Notes: generated from the sequence alone by a model not told the origin. Positions 9,445 through 19,284 are shown, numbered from the stretch's first letter. The stretch: DNA of 64,000 nt from Pirellulales bacterium (GCA_033762255.1 JANRLT010000030.1:11209-75208), one strand, 5' to 3'. Numbers and translations: made by a program.

Positions 9445-10746
9445 ATGCTTAGTGCCGATCACCCATCCGCCACTCCCCGCCTGCGCACGGTCACCCTGGG
9501 TTGCAAAGTCAACCAGTACGAGACCGAATTGGTCCGCCAGGGATTTATCGACGCCGGATATATCGACGCGGTCGACGACCAATTCGCCGATCTTTGCCTG
9601 GTCAATACCTGCACCGTCACGCATGAAGGGGATTCTAAAAGCCGCCAAACGATCCGCCAATTGGCCAAACAAAATCCCCACTCCCGAATCGTGGTCATGG
9701 GTTGCTACGCCACGCGCGCCCCGGACGAAGTAGCGGCCCTGCCCAATGTCGTGCAAGTGATCACGGATAAGCGAGAGCTGCCGGATCTGCTGGGCCGGTG
9801 GGGAGTCGCGGAATTGCCTGGTGGAATTCAGACTTTTTCCCACCATCAGCGGGCTTTTATCAAGGTGCAAGATGGCTGCCTGTTACGCTGCACCTTTTGC
9901 ATTATTCCCCAAGTTCGTCCCCATGTTATTAGCCGTCCGCCGGAAAGCATTTTGTCAGAGGTGCGGGGACTATTGGCCGCGGGATATCATGAATTTGTGC
10001 TGACCGGCATCCACCTGGGGCATTATGGCGTCGAACAAAATGCCGGCAAACCAAAGTCGGAATGGCTGCGGCTTTCTCGGCTATTGCGACAACTTATGGA
10101 ACTTGACGCGGATCTGCGCATCCGTCTGAGCAGTATCGAATGCACGGAAGTTACGCGCGAATTGATCGATGTATGCGCGGCAAATCCCGTCCGAATCGCT
10201 CCGCATTTTCATATTTGTCTGCAAAGTGGTTCCGCCCAGGTCCTCAGGCGCATGGGGCGTCGCTGGGGTCCCGAACGCTTTATCGCCCGTTGTCAGATGC
10301 TCCAGCGGGCAATTGATCTGCCCGCGATTACCACGGATATTATCGTGGGTTTTCCCGGAGAAACCGACGCGGATTTTGAAGAGACCTTGGCGGTGGCCCG
10401 CGCGGTGGGTTTTGCCAAAATTCACGTTTTTCCCTATAGCCCCCGTCGCGGGACGATCGCGGCAAATTTTACCGATCAAGTGCCCGCGGCGGTCCGCCAA
10501 GAACGCGTGGAACGGCTGAATGCGCTGGATGCCGACTTGCGATCGGCTTACCTGGCGAAACTGCGGGGCCATCAACTACGCGTCCTGGTGGAACAACCCG
10601 TTTCTGGCCGTCCCGGCTGGGTGTACGGCACGAGTTGCCGATACGCCGTGGTGGAGTGCCCCGGCAACATATCCAGCCAAAAGCAGTTTTTGGATGTGAT
10701 TGCAAAAGGTATCCAGGGGAGCCGGCTGCAGGGGGATGTAACATAG
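9445..10746 (+). CDS. mtaB: Radical-SAM methylthiotransferase, MiaB-like (MtaB-type)
   Basis: N-terminal UPF0004 Cys triad (LGCKVNQYE...NTCTVT...GCY), radical SAM CxxxCxxC (GCLLRCTFCIIP), and a C-terminal TRAM-like segment. Confidence 0.8.
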   Translation: MLSADHPSATPRLRTVTLGCKVNQYETELVRQGFIDAGYIDAVDDQFADLCLVNTCTVTHEGDSKSRQTIRQLAKQNPHSRIVVMGCYATRAPDEVAALPNVVQVITDKRELPDLLGRWGVAELPGGIQTFSHHQRAFIKVQDGCLLRCTFCIIPQVRPHVISRPPESILSEVRGLLAAGYHEFVLTGIHLGHYGVEQNAGKPKSEWLRLSRLLRQLMELDADLRIRLSSIECTEVTRELIDVCAANPVRIAPHFHICLQSGSAQVLRRMGRRWGPERFIARCQMLQRAIDLPAITTDIIVGFPGETDADFEETLAVARAVGFAKIHVFPYSPRRGTIAANFTDQVPAAVRQERVERLNALDADLRSAYLAKLRGHQLRVLVEQPVSGRPGWVYGTSCRYAVVECPGNISSQKQFLDVIAKGIQGSRLQGDVT

Positions 10747-11181
10747 TCTAAGGGCTGTCATTGCTTTGCTGAAAATTCCCCTGGCTGTTACGACCAGACA
10801 ACCTGACAGGTGGCCTTGTTAAGTTATTTAGCAGAATCAAGACGCGTAAGACAACGTTGTTTTTTGACCTATGTTCTTATCAATAAAAAACTTAAGGCGA
10901 ATAAACTCTTTTTGTTACAGGCCGCTATTTTCAGATATCTAAGATTTTCGCTCAATGCACCTTTTGTAGTTAGGTTGCAAAATATGTTTGCCTCATCAAA
11001 TCCTAACCCTAAATTACCCAAATCGCCAAAATCGCTATTTGCGACCGTTCGCCACCCAAAAGAGGTTCTGGATACCCATTTCGGGTATTTTCCCATAAGC
11101 ACCGTCCATAGCCGCTTGCTTGTGCCCAGCCTAACCGATACGCTCAATTCTCTTTGCTCATTTTTATAGCTTTCTGTCGCC

Positions 11182-12453
11182 ATGCCCAACCTGCCCCAGC
11201 CTGATGATTGGCGTATTGTGATAACGGGTATCGGTTTGACCGCCCCTAATGGCAATTCCCTGGCTGAATTTCGCCAGGCTTTATTAAATGGCCGTTCCGG
11301 AGTTTCCCCGTACGAAATTCGCTATATAGGGGCGACCTTGGCGGGGATTTGTCATTTCGACGAACTGCGGTACCAAAAAAAGAAAGATTTGCGTCGCGGT
11401 ACTCGCGCGGGAAGCATTGCCATTTATTGTGCCCAAGAGGCCTTGGCGGATAGCCGCATCAACTGGGAAAAGCTGGATAAATCGAGGGTAGGAGTCTATT
11501 TGGGGATCACGGAGCACGGTAATGTCGAAACCGAGACCGAGGTCTATAATTTATCACAATTCAACTATGACGTGAAATTTTGGACCCACCACCACAACCC
11601 CCGGACGGTGGCCAACAATCCCGCGGGCGAGGTGACGCTTAACCTGGGGATTACCGGACCGCACTATACGATCGGGGCGGCCTGCGCGGCGGGAAACGCC
11701 GGGCTGATCCAGGGGGCGCAGCAACTGCAATTAGGCGAAATTGACGTGGCGTTTGCGGGTGGGGTCTCGGAAAGTATCCACACTTTTGGTATCTTTGCTG
11801 GTTTCCAAAGCCAAGGGGCCTTGGCCAGCCATACCGATCCCGCCCAAGCCAGTCGACCGTTTGATTTGGCCCGGAACGGGATTGTGGTGGCGGAGGGGGG
11901 TTGTGTGTACCTGCTGGAGCGGTACCGTGACGCGCTTTCCCGCGGAGCCACCATATATGGCGAATTAGTGGGGTACGCGATCAATAGCGACGCGACCGAT
12001 CCGGTCTTGCCCAATCCCCAACGGCAGGAAGAATGTGTGCGGGGGGCGTTGCGGCGGGCAAATTTGCGTCCGGAGCAGATCGACATTGTCAGCACGCATG
12101 CCACCGGCACGACGGCTGGCGACATCCATGAATGCCAGGCCCTGCGAAATGTGTTTGGTGAGAGCGAAAAAACCTGGATTAACAATACCAAAAGTTTTAT
12201 CGGCCACGCGATGGGAGCGGCGGGAACCCTGGAGCTGGCTGGTAATTTGCCGTCATTTACTGATCGCCTGGTACACCCCACGATTAACGTCACGCAGCTT
12301 GATCCCGAATGTGCCCTCCCGGGGTTGGTCATAAATCAGCCGCGCGAGGTTCCCCAAGTGAATTACATCCTTAATAATTCGTTCGGCATGTTGGGAATCA
12401 ACTCGGTGGTGATTATCAAGCGCTGGTCCTCCGACGTAAATTCGGGAACTTAG
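11182..12453 (+). CDS. Beta-ketoacyl-ACP synthase I/II-like (elongating KAS)
   Basis: Cys-His-His triad contexts are present: TIGAACAAGNAG, VSTHATGTTAGD, SFIGHAMGAAG. 423 aa. Confidence 0.85.
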   Translation: MPNLPQPDDWRIVITGIGLTAPNGNSLAEFRQALLNGRSGVSPYEIRYIGATLAGICHFDELRYQKKKDLRRGTRAGSIAIYCAQEALADSRINWEKLDKSRVGVYLGITEHGNVETETEVYNLSQFNYDVKFWTHHHNPRTVANNPAGEVTLNLGITGPHYTIGAACAAGNAGLIQGAQQLQLGEIDVAFAGGVSESIHTFGIFAGFQSQGALASHTDPAQASRPFDLARNGIVVAEGGCVYLLERYRDALSRGATIYGELVGYAINSDATDPVLPNPQRQEECVRGALRRANLRPEQIDIVSTHATGTTAGDIHECQALRNVFGESEKTWINNTKSFIGHAMGAAGTLELAGNLPSFTDRLVHPTINVTQLDPECALPGLVINQPREVPQVNYILNNSFGMLGINSVVIIKRWSSDVNSGT

Positions 12454-12538
12454 TACATTCCCCCCTGGATGGAAATCACTAGGACTTTATTCATTTTTTT
12501 TGACAAGTTACCCGCGAGTTTTTTTGGAGATTTCCGGC

Positions 12539-12793
12539 ATGCAGGCCGCAGCGATACGCAACGTCATTTTGGAGATTTTGTCGGATATTGTGCCCGATGA
12601 AGACCTCAGCCAGCTAAACGATAGCGTCGCGTTTCGCGAGCAGATGGAACTGGACAGCATGGACTTTTTGGATATTGTGATGGAGCTGCGCAAGCGTTAC
12701 CGCATCCAAATCCCCGAGGAGGATTACCCCCACCTGGCCACCATGGCGGGGACCGTCCAGTATTTGGAACCCCTGATGAAGGATATCTCCTAG
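12539..12793 (+). CDS. Acyl carrier protein (phosphopantetheine-binding)
   Basis: The ELDSMDFLDIVMEL serine attachment motif is present. The track start at 12500 is TTG; ATG at 12539 has GGAGA 8 nt upstream. Confidence 0.8.
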   Translation: MQAAAIRNVILEILSDIVPDEDLSQLNDSVAFREQMELDSMDFLDIVMELRKRYRIQIPEEDYPHLATMAGTVQYLEPLMKDIS

Positions 12794-12858
12794 TCCGTGG
12801 TTTCTCCCATCGGTTGTTCGATTACCAGGAGAGCGGATAGCCCCGTGGCTCCGTGAGT

Positions 12859-14283
12859 ATGTACGATTGCCTGATTATTGGCGCGGGAATGTCGGGCTTG
12901 GCGGCGGGGATTCGGTGTGCGCATTTTGGCTTGCGGGTCGCGATTCTCGAGCGGCACACCACGATTGGCGGGCTAAATTCGTTTTATCGCCTAGCGGGCA
13001 GAAATTATGATGTCGGCCTGCACGCAGTGACAAATTTCACTCCCCGCGGCACAAAAAAAGGCCCCCTGGCCCGGTTGTTGCGACAACTGCGATTTTCCTG
13101 GGAAGATCTGGAACTTGCCCCGCAGTTAGGTTCCGCGATTGCCTTTCCCGATTGTCGCTTGCGCTTTTGTAATGATCCAGCTTTGCTGGTCGAAGAAGTC
13201 GCCCATGCCTTTCCCGGCGAAGTGGACGGCCTACGGCGCTTGATGGCGGATCTGCCCGACTATGACGATCTGCGCCCCGAGTTGTCCACCATCAGCGCGC
13301 GGGCCCGAGTGGCCGAGTATCTGCGCGACCCGCTGTTGCGGGAAATGCTTTTTTGCCCGCTGATGTACTATGGCTCGGCCCGGGCGCACGACATGGATTG
13401 GGGGCAATTTGCGATCATGTTTCGCAGCGTGCTGCTGGAGGGTTTTGCCCGCCCCCGGGATGGCGTGCGTGTTATCCTGAAACTGTTAACCCGCCGCTTT
13501 AAGGAATTGGGGGGGGAACTGCGGCTGCGCACGGGGGTGTCAAAAATCAACCTTGTGGAAAATCGCGTGGTCGGCGTGACGCTCGACGATGGGACGCAAC
13601 TTTCCACAAAGATGGTGCTCTCGTCCGCTGGTTGGCACGAAACCGCGCGGCTGTGCGCGGATATTGGCGATGGCTCTCAAGTCGATACGCGGGACCATTC
13701 CCACCCATTGGCCGCCGGTCATCCGGGAGACTTGACATTCATCGAAAGCATCTCGGTCCTGGACTGCCAGCCCCGCGACCTGGGCTATAACGATACGATT
13801 GTCTTTTTTAATGATAGCCCGATCTTTGATTATGCCCGTCCATTGTCCGCTCTGGCCGATGTGCGCAGCGGGGTGATTTGCTCGCCCAACAACTATGCCT
13901 ATGCCGAGGGAGACCTGCCGGAAGGAATCATGCGGATCACGGCCCTGGCAAACTTTGATCATTGGGCGTCGCTGGAACCGGCGGCTTATGCGGGGGCCAA
14001 ACAAACCTGGTACGAGCAAATGGTCGCCAGCGCGGTCCGTTTTGTACCGGATTTTCGGCCCCGGGTGATCGCCACGGATATGTTCACGCCGACGACAATA
14101 CGCCGCTTTACCGGCCATGACAATGGCGCGGTATATGGCCTGCCAGAAAAGCTGGCCAGCGGACAAACGCCGATCCCGGGACTTTATGTCTGCGGGACCG
14201 ACCAAGGCTGGGTGGGGATCGTGGGGAGCATGGTCAGCGGCATCATGATGGCCAACCAATACGCGTTAGCGGCAAGTGGCTAA
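12859..14283 (+). CDS. NAD(P)/FAD-dependent oxidoreductase, phytoene-desaturase (CrtI)-like family
   Basis: Rossmann dinucleotide motif DCLIIGAGMSGLAAGIRCAHFGLRVAILERHTTIGGL at the N-terminus, and a C-terminal GLYVCGTDQGWVGIVGSMVSG FAD-binding tail. The track start is GTG at 12853; ATG at 12859. Confidence 0.75.
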   Translation: MYDCLIIGAGMSGLAAGIRCAHFGLRVAILERHTTIGGLNSFYRLAGRNYDVGLHAVTNFTPRGTKKGPLARLLRQLRFSWEDLELAPQLGSAIAFPDCRLRFCNDPALLVEEVAHAFPGEVDGLRRLMADLPDYDDLRPELSTISARARVAEYLRDPLLREMLFCPLMYYGSARAHDMDWGQFAIMFRSVLLEGFARPRDGVRVILKLLTRRFKELGGELRLRTGVSKINLVENRVVGVTLDDGTQLSTKMVLSSAGWHETARLCADIGDGSQVDTRDHSHPLAAGHPGDLTFIESISVLDCQPRDLGYNDTIVFFNDSPIFDYARPLSALADVRSGVICSPNNYAYAEGDLPEGIMRITALANFDHWASLEPAAYAGAKQTWYEQMVASAVRFVPDFRPRVIATDMFTPTTIRRFTGHDNGAVYGLPEKLASGQTPIPGLYVCGTDQGWVGIVGSMVSGIMMANQYALAASG

Positions 14284-14291
14284 GGCTTTCT

Positions 14292-14310
14292 CGGCGAGCA
14301 AAGCTCGCCG
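14292..14310. repeat. Palindromic hairpin CGGCGAGC-AAA-GCTCGCCG between convergent genes
   Basis: Perfect 8-bp stem seen directly. Its 3' half plus flank (CTCGCCGGTACG) is identical to the repeats inside ygiQ at 18262-18273. Confidence 0.7.
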
Positions 14311-14321
14311 GTACGTTTATC

Positions 14322-15131
14322 CTACTTTTTTTGCAGATATTCACCGACCGCCACCAAGCGGCAGCTTCCCACCAATTCTTCCGCTTCGGCGATACGCTGT
14401 TGGTCGGAGTCGGCTAGTCGGTTGAGGTATTCGTGCTCGCTGCGGTAATGCAGGTTTTTTCCACCCAAAAACGACTGGCTGGGAATGAGCAGCGTCACTT
14501 TGGTCGGTACGGTCCCCTCGGCGGCCAGGGCGGCGTTGACCTGCATCCGGGCAAAGGGGGGCCAACTACGTTTCAAAAGGGCGTTGAGCTGGGCCGAAAG
14601 GTCGCTGAACTCGCGATATTGGGCGGGGATGGCTTGCCCTCGCGGCGTAAAGGTTTGCACCTGATAGGTGATGTAGGGGCTTTGAAAGACGCGCTGCGGA
14701 ACAGGATCCGCGTCCCCTTCGGCGTTAGCGGCGGAAGGAGCGGGGGTGTTTTCAAATTGGCCCGTCAGCAAAAATTTTCGCGCGGGATCGGTGGTTTTTT
14801 CCGCTAGCAGTTTAAGATCGACGCAAAATTTTTCCAATTGCGCCGGGGTGATTTCGGCTTTGACGCCTCGTTGTTTATCCAGCAAAATAATTCGCCCCAA
14901 TCGCGGCGCGTAAAGCGTGATTTCCGAACCTTGTTCTTGAAAATCATAGATTTGCCCGCCGCGAAAAATTGTCAGGTTTTCGGCAAATGGTGTTTCGTCT
15001 TTTCCTTGGTAAACGCGCGAATCCACGCGAAAATCATCCGCCTGTGCGTAAACCGCCACGCCCAACCAAAGCGCGAACAGCAACAGACCGCGCCGCGGGG
15101 GGAACCAAGTTTGGGGAATCGCTGTCGACAT
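14322..15131 (-). CDS. Secreted hypothetical protein
   Basis: The ATG at 15131 gives MSTAIPQTWFPPRRGLLLFALWLGVAVYAQA, a signal peptide. I recognise no family. The track start at 15242 adds 37 aa with no signal-like character. Confidence 0.55.
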   Translation of the reverse strand: MSTAIPQTWFPPRRGLLLFALWLGVAVYAQADDFRVDSRVYQGKDETPFAENLTIFRGGQIYDFQEQGSEITLYAPRLGRIILLDKQRGVKAEITPAQLEKFCVDLKLLAEKTTDPARKFLLTGQFENTPAPSAANAEGDADPVPQRVFQSPYITYQVQTFTPRGQAIPAQYREFSDLSAQLNALLKRSWPPFARMQVNAALAAEGTVPTKVTLLIPSQSFLGGKNLHYRSEHEYLNRLADSDQQRIAEAEELVGSCRLVAVGEYLQKK

Positions 15132-15364
15132 AATTGCCGCCTGGAGGATAATAAAGGGGAGACAACCGGACGCGGGGCCGTCCGGGCCGCGCTGCAATGC
15201 CGGGCCAAACTGTACTAAGGGTCGATTGTTGACGTCAAGCACGTTTTTTTGCCAGCGCTGGCCCTGCGCGTGCTAGCACCATCGAGACAAGCGTTATCAG
15301 TCGGCGAGGCGCGCATGGTCCGCCGGCCCAGCTTATCACATTTGCCACTTTTCCATTCCCGCAC

Positions 15365-16336
15365 ATGTACCTCAAACGGATTTTGGTTACCGGCGGAGCG
15401 GGCTTTCTGGGTTCGCATTTGTGCGAACGGTTATTAGACCAGGGACATGATGTTATCTGTCTGGATAATTTTTTTACCAGCCAAAAGTCCAACGTCGCGC
15501 ACCTGTTGCCACGGCCAAATTTTGAGCTCATCCGCCATGATATCACCATTCCCATCTGGCTAGAGGTCGACCAAATCTATAATCTGGCTTGCCCCGCAGC
15601 GCCGGGACATTATCAATTTAATCCCATCAAGACCATGAAAACGTCGGTCATGGGGGCGATCAATCTGCTTGGCATGGCCAAGCGCTGCCGGGCCAAGTAC
15701 CTGCAGGCCAGCACCAGCGAAGTCTATGGCGATCCCGAAATCCATCCCCAGGTGGAATCGTATCGCGGCTCGGTCAATCCCATCGGTCCGCGGGCCTGTT
15801 ATGACGAGGGAAAACGGGCCGCCGAGGCCCTCTGCATGGATTATCACCGCATGAACGGCGTGCGGGTCTGCATCCCGCGCATCTTTAACACGTATGGCCC
15901 CCGCATGCATCCCTATGATGGGCGGGTCGTGTCAAACTTTATTCGCCAGGCAGTCGCGGGAGAATCAATCACCATTTTTGGCGACGGGCTGCAAACCCGC
16001 TCGTTTTGTTATCGGGATGATCTGGTCGAGGGACTCATCCGCCTGATGAACTGCGAAACGGACTATGCGGGACCGGTCAACCTGGGCAATCCCGGCGAAT
16101 TCACGATCAAGGAATTGGCGGAACTGGTGGGGGAACTGTTGGGCCGGCCCCTCAAGCTGATCCACCAACCCCGGCCGATCGACGATCCCGCGCGTCGGCA
16201 GCCGGATATCTCGCTGGCCAAACGCCTGCTCAACTGGGAACCGCGGGTCACTTTGCGCGAGGGGTTGCGGCAGACGATTCAATATTTTCAGGCGTTGGAT
16301 TTGCGGTTGTATCGACCTCCTTCGCCAAATTTTTAG
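15365..16336 (+). CDS. UDP-glucuronate decarboxylase (UDP-xylose synthase)
   Basis: [44 protein letters not shown], and YDEGKRAAE (YxxxK); extended SDR of the UXS type. Confidence 0.9.
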   Translation: MYLKRILVTGGAGFLGSHLCERLLDQGHDVICLDNFFTSQKSNVAHLLPRPNFELIRHDITIPIWLEVDQIYNLACPAAPGHYQFNPIKTMKTSVMGAINLLGMAKRCRAKYLQASTSEVYGDPEIHPQVESYRGSVNPIGPRACYDEGKRAAEALCMDYHRMNGVRVCIPRIFNTYGPRMHPYDGRVVSNFIRQAVAGESITIFGDGLQTRSFCYRDDLVEGLIRLMNCETDYAGPVNLGNPGEFTIKELAELVGELLGRPLKLIHQPRPIDDPARRQPDISLAKRLLNWEPRVTLREGLRQTIQYFQALDLRLYRPPSPNF

Positions 16337-16817
16337 TAAATTTTTCCCGCCAATTATAGCGCAGGCGCTTCCAATTGGTGGACATGCGCGGCAGGGGTAT
16401 CCCCGGGGGCGTGGTCGACGAAAGCCAATCCGGTCCCGTCCGCCATATGAGCCAGACCACTAGCAATCCGCTGATAATACCGGCCACGTCAAACAACCAA
16501 TCGACCACGTCGGCATGTCGGCCCACGGGAATCTGGGTGATTTCATCCAGTGCCGCGTAAGCGATCAAAATCCCGCCGAGCGCCAAAAATTGTGCCAGGG
16601 TGGGCATGCGGCCCCAGGACCACCAGGCACCGGCAATCAGGCCCAACCCCCCATAGGCTAGAAAATGCAGCACCTTGTCCTCATCCAGGGGAAGGTTCCA
16701 AGAGCTGCCCAAGCTAGCGGGGAGCGCGATATGGGTCAGCACGAATTGCGTCAGGACGTAGAGCCCCAGGATGATGCCACTGACAGTCATCAGCAATCGG
16801 GCGGTGGTGAAGCGCAT
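16248..16817 (-). CDS. VanZ-like small membrane protein
   Basis: The ATG at 16817 lies 22 nt after the ygiQ stop. There are four predicted TM helices and [13 protein letters not shown]...[24 protein letters not shown], which resembles VanZ-family blocks. The last ~30 codons overlap the convergent UXS gene. Confidence 0.5.
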   Translation of the reverse strand: MRFTTARLLMTVSGIILGLYVLTQFVLTHIALPASLGSSWNLPLDEDKVLHFLAYGGLGLIAGAWWSWGRMPTLAQFLALGGILIAYAALDEITQIPVGRHADVVDWLFDVAGIISGLLVVWLIWRTGPDWLSSTTPPGIPLPRMSTNWKRLRYNWREKFTKNLAKEVDTTANPTPENIESSAATPRAK

Positions 16818-16839
16818 GGAAAGGGGTGGGCTGAGGAGA

Positions 16840-19275
16840 CTATTTCCCGCCCCGGTTGGGTCGTCGCTGCGTTTTACGATGGGGGCGGTAACCGCCGGCC
16901 GCGGCTGATGGAGTGGTTCGCGACGCGAGACCGCCACCCGTTTTTTCGCCTGGGCCGCCGCGAATGTGATCGCCAGAGGTTTGCTCGCGCAGGTCCTGAT
17001 TGGCTTTTTTGCGTCGCTGGTTGAGAGCCTCTTTGGGAGCGCGGGCCGGGATCAAGCAATCACAGCCATCGCCAATCAAATCTTGCCTCCCCGCCTGCTC
17101 CAGGGCCTGCCGCACTTCAAAATAATTTTCCGGCTTAAAAAACTGCAACAACGCCCGCTGGAGCTTGCGGTCGCGCAGATGCTTGGCAATGGCCACTGGT
17201 TTAAGCGTAAAGGGATCCAGCCCCGTGTGGTACATGCACGCGGCAATGTCAAACGGACTGGGGATAAAGTCCTGCACCTGGTCCGGTTGATAATGATTAC
17301 GCTTGAGGAACAACGCCAAATCGATCATCGCCGCCAGATCGCTGCCGGGATGGCTGGCGATGAAATACGGCACCAAATACTGCTTTTTGCCCACGGCCGC
17401 GCTGGCGGATTTGAACTCCTTTCCAAACTCCACAAAGTCCTCAGCGCTGGGCTTTTTCATCAGATCCAGCACGGCGGGGCTGGTGTGTTCCGGCGCGACC
17501 TTGAGGTACCCCCCCACATGATGTTGCGCCAGTTCCCGCATATACACCGGATCACGACGGGCCAGATCCATGCGAATGCCGCTGGCGACCAGCACCTTGC
17601 GCACGCCAGGTTCTGAACGGGCGTCGCGCATCAATTGGACCAGCGGCCCATGATCCGTCCCCAAGAGCTTGCAAATCGTGGGGTGCACGCAACTCAGTCG
17701 GCGGCATTTGGCCTCGACTTCGGGACGGGTGCATTGCATTTCGTACATATTGGCGGTCGGTCCGCCAATGTCGCTAATCACACCGGTAAAGTCGGGCTCG
17801 GCGGCCATTTTGCGTATTTCCGCTATTACGGAATCCGCCGAGCGGCTTTGGATGATGCGCCCCTCGTGGGCGGTGATACTACAAAAGGTACAGCCGCCAA
17901 AGCAGCCGCGCATGATCTGCACGCTAGTGCGAATCACATCCCAAGCGGGGATTTTCTGGCCGCCATAGGCGGGATGGGGCCGCCGGGTAAACGGTAAGCC
18001 GTACACGCGATCCATCTCGGACTGTAACAGCGGATACGCGGGGGGATTGACCACCACCGCCTCCGCCCCGTCATATTGCACCAGCCGTTTGGCATTGTAC
18101 GGATTGGTCTCTTGGTGGCTGATCCGCGTCATCCGACAAAATTCCAGCGGATCACTTTGGACCGTCCGGACATCGGGCAAACGGATCGTGCCGGGCCAGA
18201 GGTTGTCTGAACTGGTTGGGCGAGGGGGATGGAGGGATGAGGTAGATTCGTAGCGAGTGGAACTCGCCGGTACGGGGGATTCGCGGCGAGTGGAACTCGC
18301 CGCTACGGGAGGTACTGGGCGAGAAAAACTCGCCGTTACGGGGGGAGCAGGGGGAGTGGAATTAGCCGGTACTGGGGACTCGCGGCGAGTAAAACTCGCC
18401 GTTACAGGGGGAGTGGAATTTGCCGGTGCTGGGGATTCGCGGCGAGTAAAACTCGCCGTTACGGGGGAAAGATCTTCAGCAAAGGCCGCCGCCGCTTTGG
18501 CCCCCAGTCGATACGCCACACCGCGAATATCGTGGCATTCGGCCACGCTTTTTCCCGCGCGCAGCCGCGCTGCAATTTCCAGAATCGGCCGCTCCCCCAT
18601 GCCAAAGACCAACAAATCCGCCTTACAATCGAGTAAAATCGGCCGCCGCACTTTGTCCGACCAGTAATCATAATGCGCTAACCGCCGCAAACTGGCCTCC
18701 ACGCCCCCCGCGATGATTGGCACTCCTTTGTACGCCTCCCGGGCTCGCTGGCAGTACGCCAAGGTTGCCCGGTCGGGCCGCCGACCAATGGCGCCTCCGG
18801 GAGAGTACGCGTCGTCATTACGGACCTTGCGATTGGCCGTATAATGATTGATCATCGAGTCCATGTTTCCAGCGCTGATGGCAAAAAACAGTCGCGGCTG
18901 GCCAAACTCGCGCCAGGCGTTGCATGTCTGCCAATCCGGCTGGCTCAGAATTGCCACCCGCAGCCCTTCGCTCTCGAGCAGTCTCCCCACCAATGCCATG
19001 GCAAAGCTGGGATGATCCACATAAGCGTCCCCGGTCACAAAGACGACATCCACCTCGTCCCAGCCCCGGGCCTGCATCTCTGTCCGGTTCATCGGCAATG
19101 GCTGGGTTGCCGCTAGTGCCAGCGGAGTCCCCGGTCGCTCAATCGAAAAAAAATCCCCCCGGCTGCGCGCGGGATGGGGAGCTTCTGTCCCGCTGGAAGG
19201 GGAATTGCCGCGGCTTCCACCGTCGGCGGCGGAAGTATCGGCAAGAATCGGCAGTTGAAAGGGGAGTGCTGGCAT
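16840..19275 (-). CDS. ygiQ: YgiQ-family radical SAM protein (UPF0313)
   Basis: VVFVTGDAYVDHPSFAMALVGRLLE...AGNMDSMINHYTA N-domain, radical SAM IMRGCFGGCTFCSITAHEGR, and VGGYLKVAPEH. The track start at 19284 is TTG; ATG at 19275. Contains an in-frame repeat insert (see the 18247-18470 feature). Confidence 0.9.
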   Translation of the reverse strand: MPALPFQLPILADTSAADGGSRGNSPSSGTEAPHPARSRGDFFSIERPGTPLALAATQPLPMNRTEMQARGWDEVDVVFVTGDAYVDHPSFAMALVGRLLESEGLRVAILSQPDWQTCNAWREFGQPRLFFAISAGNMDSMINHYTANRKVRNDDAYSPGGAIGRRPDRATLAYCQRAREAYKGVPIIAGGVEASLRRLAHYDYWSDKVRRPILLDCKADLLVFGMGERPILEIAARLRAGKSVAECHDIRGVAYRLGAKAAAAFAEDLSPVTASFTRRESPAPANSTPPVTASFTRRESPVPANSTPPAPPVTASFSRPVPPVAASSTRRESPVPASSTRYESTSSLHPPRPTSSDNLWPGTIRLPDVRTVQSDPLEFCRMTRISHQETNPYNAKRLVQYDGAEAVVVNPPAYPLLQSEMDRVYGLPFTRRPHPAYGGQKIPAWDVIRTSVQIMRGCFGGCTFCSITAHEGRIIQSRSADSVIAEIRKMAAEPDFTGVISDIGGPTANMYEMQCTRPEVEAKCRRLSCVHPTICKLLGTDHGPLVQLMRDARSEPGVRKVLVASGIRMDLARRDPVYMRELAQHHVGGYLKVAPEHTSPAVLDLMKKPSAEDFVEFGKEFKSASAAVGKKQYLVPYFIASHPGSDLAAMIDLALFLKRNHYQPDQVQDFIPSPFDIAACMYHTGLDPFTLKPVAIAKHLRDRKLQRALLQFFKPENYFEVRQALEQAGRQDLIGDGCDCLIPARAPKEALNQRRKKANQDLREQTSGDHIRGGPGEKTGGGLASRTTPSAAAGGYRPHRKTQRRPNRGGK
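18247..18470. repeat. Tandem palindromic repeats inside the ygiQ coding sequence
   Basis: About five copies of GCGAGT-nnn-ACTCGCCG(N)TAC hairpins alternate with GGAGTGGAATT(A/T)GCCGGT units. A 57-nt unit is duplicated head to tail at ~18349-18462. It translates in frame as PVTASFTRRESPAPANSTP x2 plus degenerate copies. Confidence 0.85.
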
Positions 19276-19284
19276 AGTGGCCAA

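Noticed and set aside
10810-11255. ORFs of 119 and 128 aa in the AT-rich spacer upstream of the KAS gene.
   Set aside because: Their translations are low-complexity (Leu/Phe/Ser/Lys-rich), and both strands give equally long ORFs. There is no start context. I treat the region as non-coding.
18247-18470. The regularly spaced palindromic repeats could be a CRISPR array.
   Set aside because: They lie in frame inside a conserved gene, the units abut without unique spacers, and no cas genes are present. The same reasoning applies to the hairpin cluster at 59449-59600.
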